From assembly GCF_964355755.1 (NCBI RefSeq), contig NC_092670.1, forward strand, positions 19,578,795 to 19,642,794: a DNA stretch of 64,000 nucleotides. The letters are read 5' to 3'. The notes beneath the pieces were generated by a model. It worked only from the letters and a program-made list of their open reading frames with translations, searched no databases and was not told the DNA's origin. This stretch comes from Antedon mediterranea. Its lineage: Eukaryota > Animalia > Echinodermata. Shown piece after piece: positions 61,400 through 64,000 of the stretch (the stretch's first letter is position 1; every line of letters starts with the position of its first letter). Made by a program: the position numbers and the translations under genes.

Positions 61400-62066
61400 C
61401 ATTTTTACGTTGTTTCAACGTTGATAATCTATGTTGAATCAACGTTGACATTTTTGTTGAGGCAAACTTTCATTTTCAACCATTTTTTCAACGTTATTTC
61501 AACGTTACTTATTTTAACGTTGTTTCAACGTTGATAATTTCTATGTTGATTCAACGTTGACATTTACGTTGAGGCAAACTTTCATTTTCAACCATTTTTT
61601 CAACGTTATTTCAACGTTGCCTATTTTAACGTTGTTTCAACGTTGATAATTTCTATGTTGATTCAACGTTGACATTTACGTTGAGGCAAACTTTCATTTT
61701 CAACCATTTTTTCAACGTTATTTCAACGTTACCTGTTTTAACGTTGTTTCAACGTTGATAATTTCTATGTTGATTCAACGTTGACATTTAAGTTGAGGCA
61801 AACTTTCATTTTCAACCATTTTTTCAACGTTATTTCAACGTTTCTTATTTTAACGTTGTTTCAACGTTGATAATTTCTATGTTGATTCAACGTTGACATT
61901 TACGTTGAGGCAAACTTTCATTTTCAACCATTTTTTCAACGTTATTTCAACGTTACTTATTTTAACGTTGTTTCAACGTTGATAATTTCTATGTTGATTC
62001 AACGTTGACATTTACGTTGAGGCAAACTTTCATTTTCAACCACTTTTTCAACGTTATTTCAACGTT
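61400..62066. repeat. 112-bp subterminal tandem array, about 6 copies
   Basis: GAGGCAAACTTTC recurs every 112 bp; multiple CAACGTT motifs per unit. Confidence 0.93.
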
Positions 62067-62193
62067 TGCAGATAACGTTGAATTAACGTTAATTCAACCA
62101 ATTTTTGCCCACTGGGGTAGGCCTATATGTATAATATATTATATTATTATTTATATTATCTGAACGAATAGACACAGGAGGAAACCGTTAATA

Positions 62194-63902
62194 GGGGTCA
62201 TCAATCACTGAAACAGTCTCTAACGTGACCGTACCAAGAGACCAAAGGCATAGTTTATCAAAGTGGGTGACAGTCAGCGGTGCTTTAACATTTATATCAC
62301 AAATTATCAAATAACAACTGTCGTAGCCTACTTATATATCGGTCGTAGTACTCACCATTTACAATTATTATAAATAAAGCAAGCAACAGAAATAATCGAT
62401 AATATAAACAGTAAAGGTGTTTCCCTGGTAGGCCTACCAGGCCTCCTATAGTAACATTGAATCGCACCTAAATTTGATTATAAATGATTAATAAATAGAA
62501 TCTAATTTCAGTAGTTCACGATACGTTGAACATATTTTTGTATTTAATATCGAATGGCCTATATTGGTAGTAGTACACACCATTTATAATTATTATAAAT
62601 AGAGCAAGCAACAGAAATAACATATAATATAAACAGTAAAGGTGTTTCCCTGGTAGGCCTACCAGGCCTCCTATAGTAACATTGAATCGCACCTAAATTT
62701 GATTATAAATGATTAATAAATAGAATCTAATTTCAGTAGTTCACGATACGTTGAACATATTTTTGTATTTAATATCGAATGGCCTATATTGGTCGTAGTA
62801 CACACCATTTATAATTATTATAAATAGAGCAAGCAACAGAAATAATCGATAATATAAACAGTAAAGGTGTTTCCCTGGTAGGCCTACCAGGCCTCCTATA
62901 GTAACATTGAATCGCACCTAAATTTGATTAAATGATTAATAAATAGAACAGGCCTCCTATAGTAACATTGAATCGCACCTAAATTTGATTAAATGATTAA
63001 TAAATAGAATCTAATTTCAGTAGTTCACGATACGTTGAACCACTAAAAGGGGTCATCAATCACTGAAACAGTCTCTAACGTGACCGTACCAAGAGACCAA
63101 AGGCATAGTTTATCAAAGTGGGTGACAGTCAGCGGTGCTTTAACATTTATATCACAAATTATCAAATAACAACTGTCGTAGCCTACTTATATATCGGTCG
63201 TAGTACTCACCATTTACAATTATTATAAATAAAGCAAGCAACAGAAATAATCGATAATATAAACAGTAAAGGTGTTTCCCTGGTAGGCCTACCAGGCCTC
63301 CTATAGTAACATTGAATCGCACCTAAATTTGATTATAAATGATTAATAAATAGAATCTAATTTCAGTAGTTCACGATACGTTGAACATATTTTTGTATTT
63401 AATATCGAATGGCCTATATTGGTAGTAGTACACACCATTTATAATTATTATAAATAGAGCAAGCAACAGAAATAACATATAATATAAACAGTAAAGGTGT
63501 TTCCCTGGTAGGCCTACCAGGCCTCCTATAGTAACATTGAATCGCACCTAAATTTGATTATAAATGATTAATAAATAGAATCTAATTTCAGTAGTTCACG
63601 ATACGTTGAACATATTTTTGTATTTAATATCGAATGGCCTATATTGGTCGTAGTACACACCATTTATAATTATTATAAATAGAGCAAGCAACAGAAATAA
63701 TCGATAATATAAACAGTAAAGGTGTTTCCCTGGTAGGCCTACCAGGCCTCCTATAGTAACATTGAATCGCACCTAAATTTGATTAAATGATTAATAAATA
63801 GAACAGGCCTCCTATAGTAACATTGAATCGCACCTAAATTTGATTAAATGATTAATAAATAGAATCTAATTTCAGTAGTTCACGATACGTTGAACCACTA
63901 AA
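62194..63902. repeat. Hierarchical tandem repeat: two ~855-bp units, each with three ~225-bp subunits and a ~61-bp duplication
   Basis: GGGGTCATCAATCACTG occurs at 62194 and 63049. CAGTAAAGGTGTTTCCC occurs at 62409, 62634 and 62859, and again in the second unit. Confidence 0.9.
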
Positions 63903-64000
63903 ATATTTTTGTATTTAATCAAATATAGTGTTACCTTTGATTTAATATCGAATGGCGCCACCAACGGCCATTTTGCCGGAAGTGACGGACCCCCCGGAAG

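Larger units (their letters stand above)
55768..62116. mobile_element. Non-autonomous CMC/EnSpm-like DNA transposon, 6.3 kb
   Basis: TIRs CCCAGTGGGCA / TGCCCACTGGG, a 2-bp TSD GT confirmed by the empty site at about 55433, and CAACGTTG-rich subterminal arrays. Confidence 0.85.
47837..64000 (-). mobile_element. Autonomous Helitron (over 16 kb; 5' end outside the window)
   Basis: 3' CTAG at 47837-47840 with a hairpin to 47872. The paralogous empty site AATAA|TACAC at about 35695 shows an A|T target. The expected flank TACACACTAAATTTAGG does not reappear in the window. Confidence 0.85.

Overview
AT-rich, intron-containing animal genomic DNA. The Deu/Nin-type SINE and frequent TAGGCCTA motifs suggest an invertebrate deuterostome such as an echinoderm, but that is inference. 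The window has three parts. (1) A 17-coding-exon transmembrane channel-like (TMC) gene on + (6704..22002, about 810 aa). Its introns hold a ~150-copy 24-bp minisatellite, MITEs, exon-end tandem repeats, and a cluster of (TA)n-anchored foldbacks carrying tRNA-like units and a minimal hammerhead ribozyme. (2) A tandem array on - (24256..46767) of single-coding-exon sulfotransferase-fold genes: three intact, two frameshifted, one disrupted by a full-length Tx1/L1 retrotransposon with a 16-bp TSD, and one fragment. The array shows signs of segmental duplication, gene conversion and deletion. (3) An apparently autonomous Helitron on - (3' end at 47837, 5' end beyond the window) with an intact RepHel ORF and a second orphan ORF. 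It contains a nested EnSpm/CMC-like element, which contains a Mutator-like MITE, which contains a small MITE. All calls come from reading the sequence by eye; no database searches were run.
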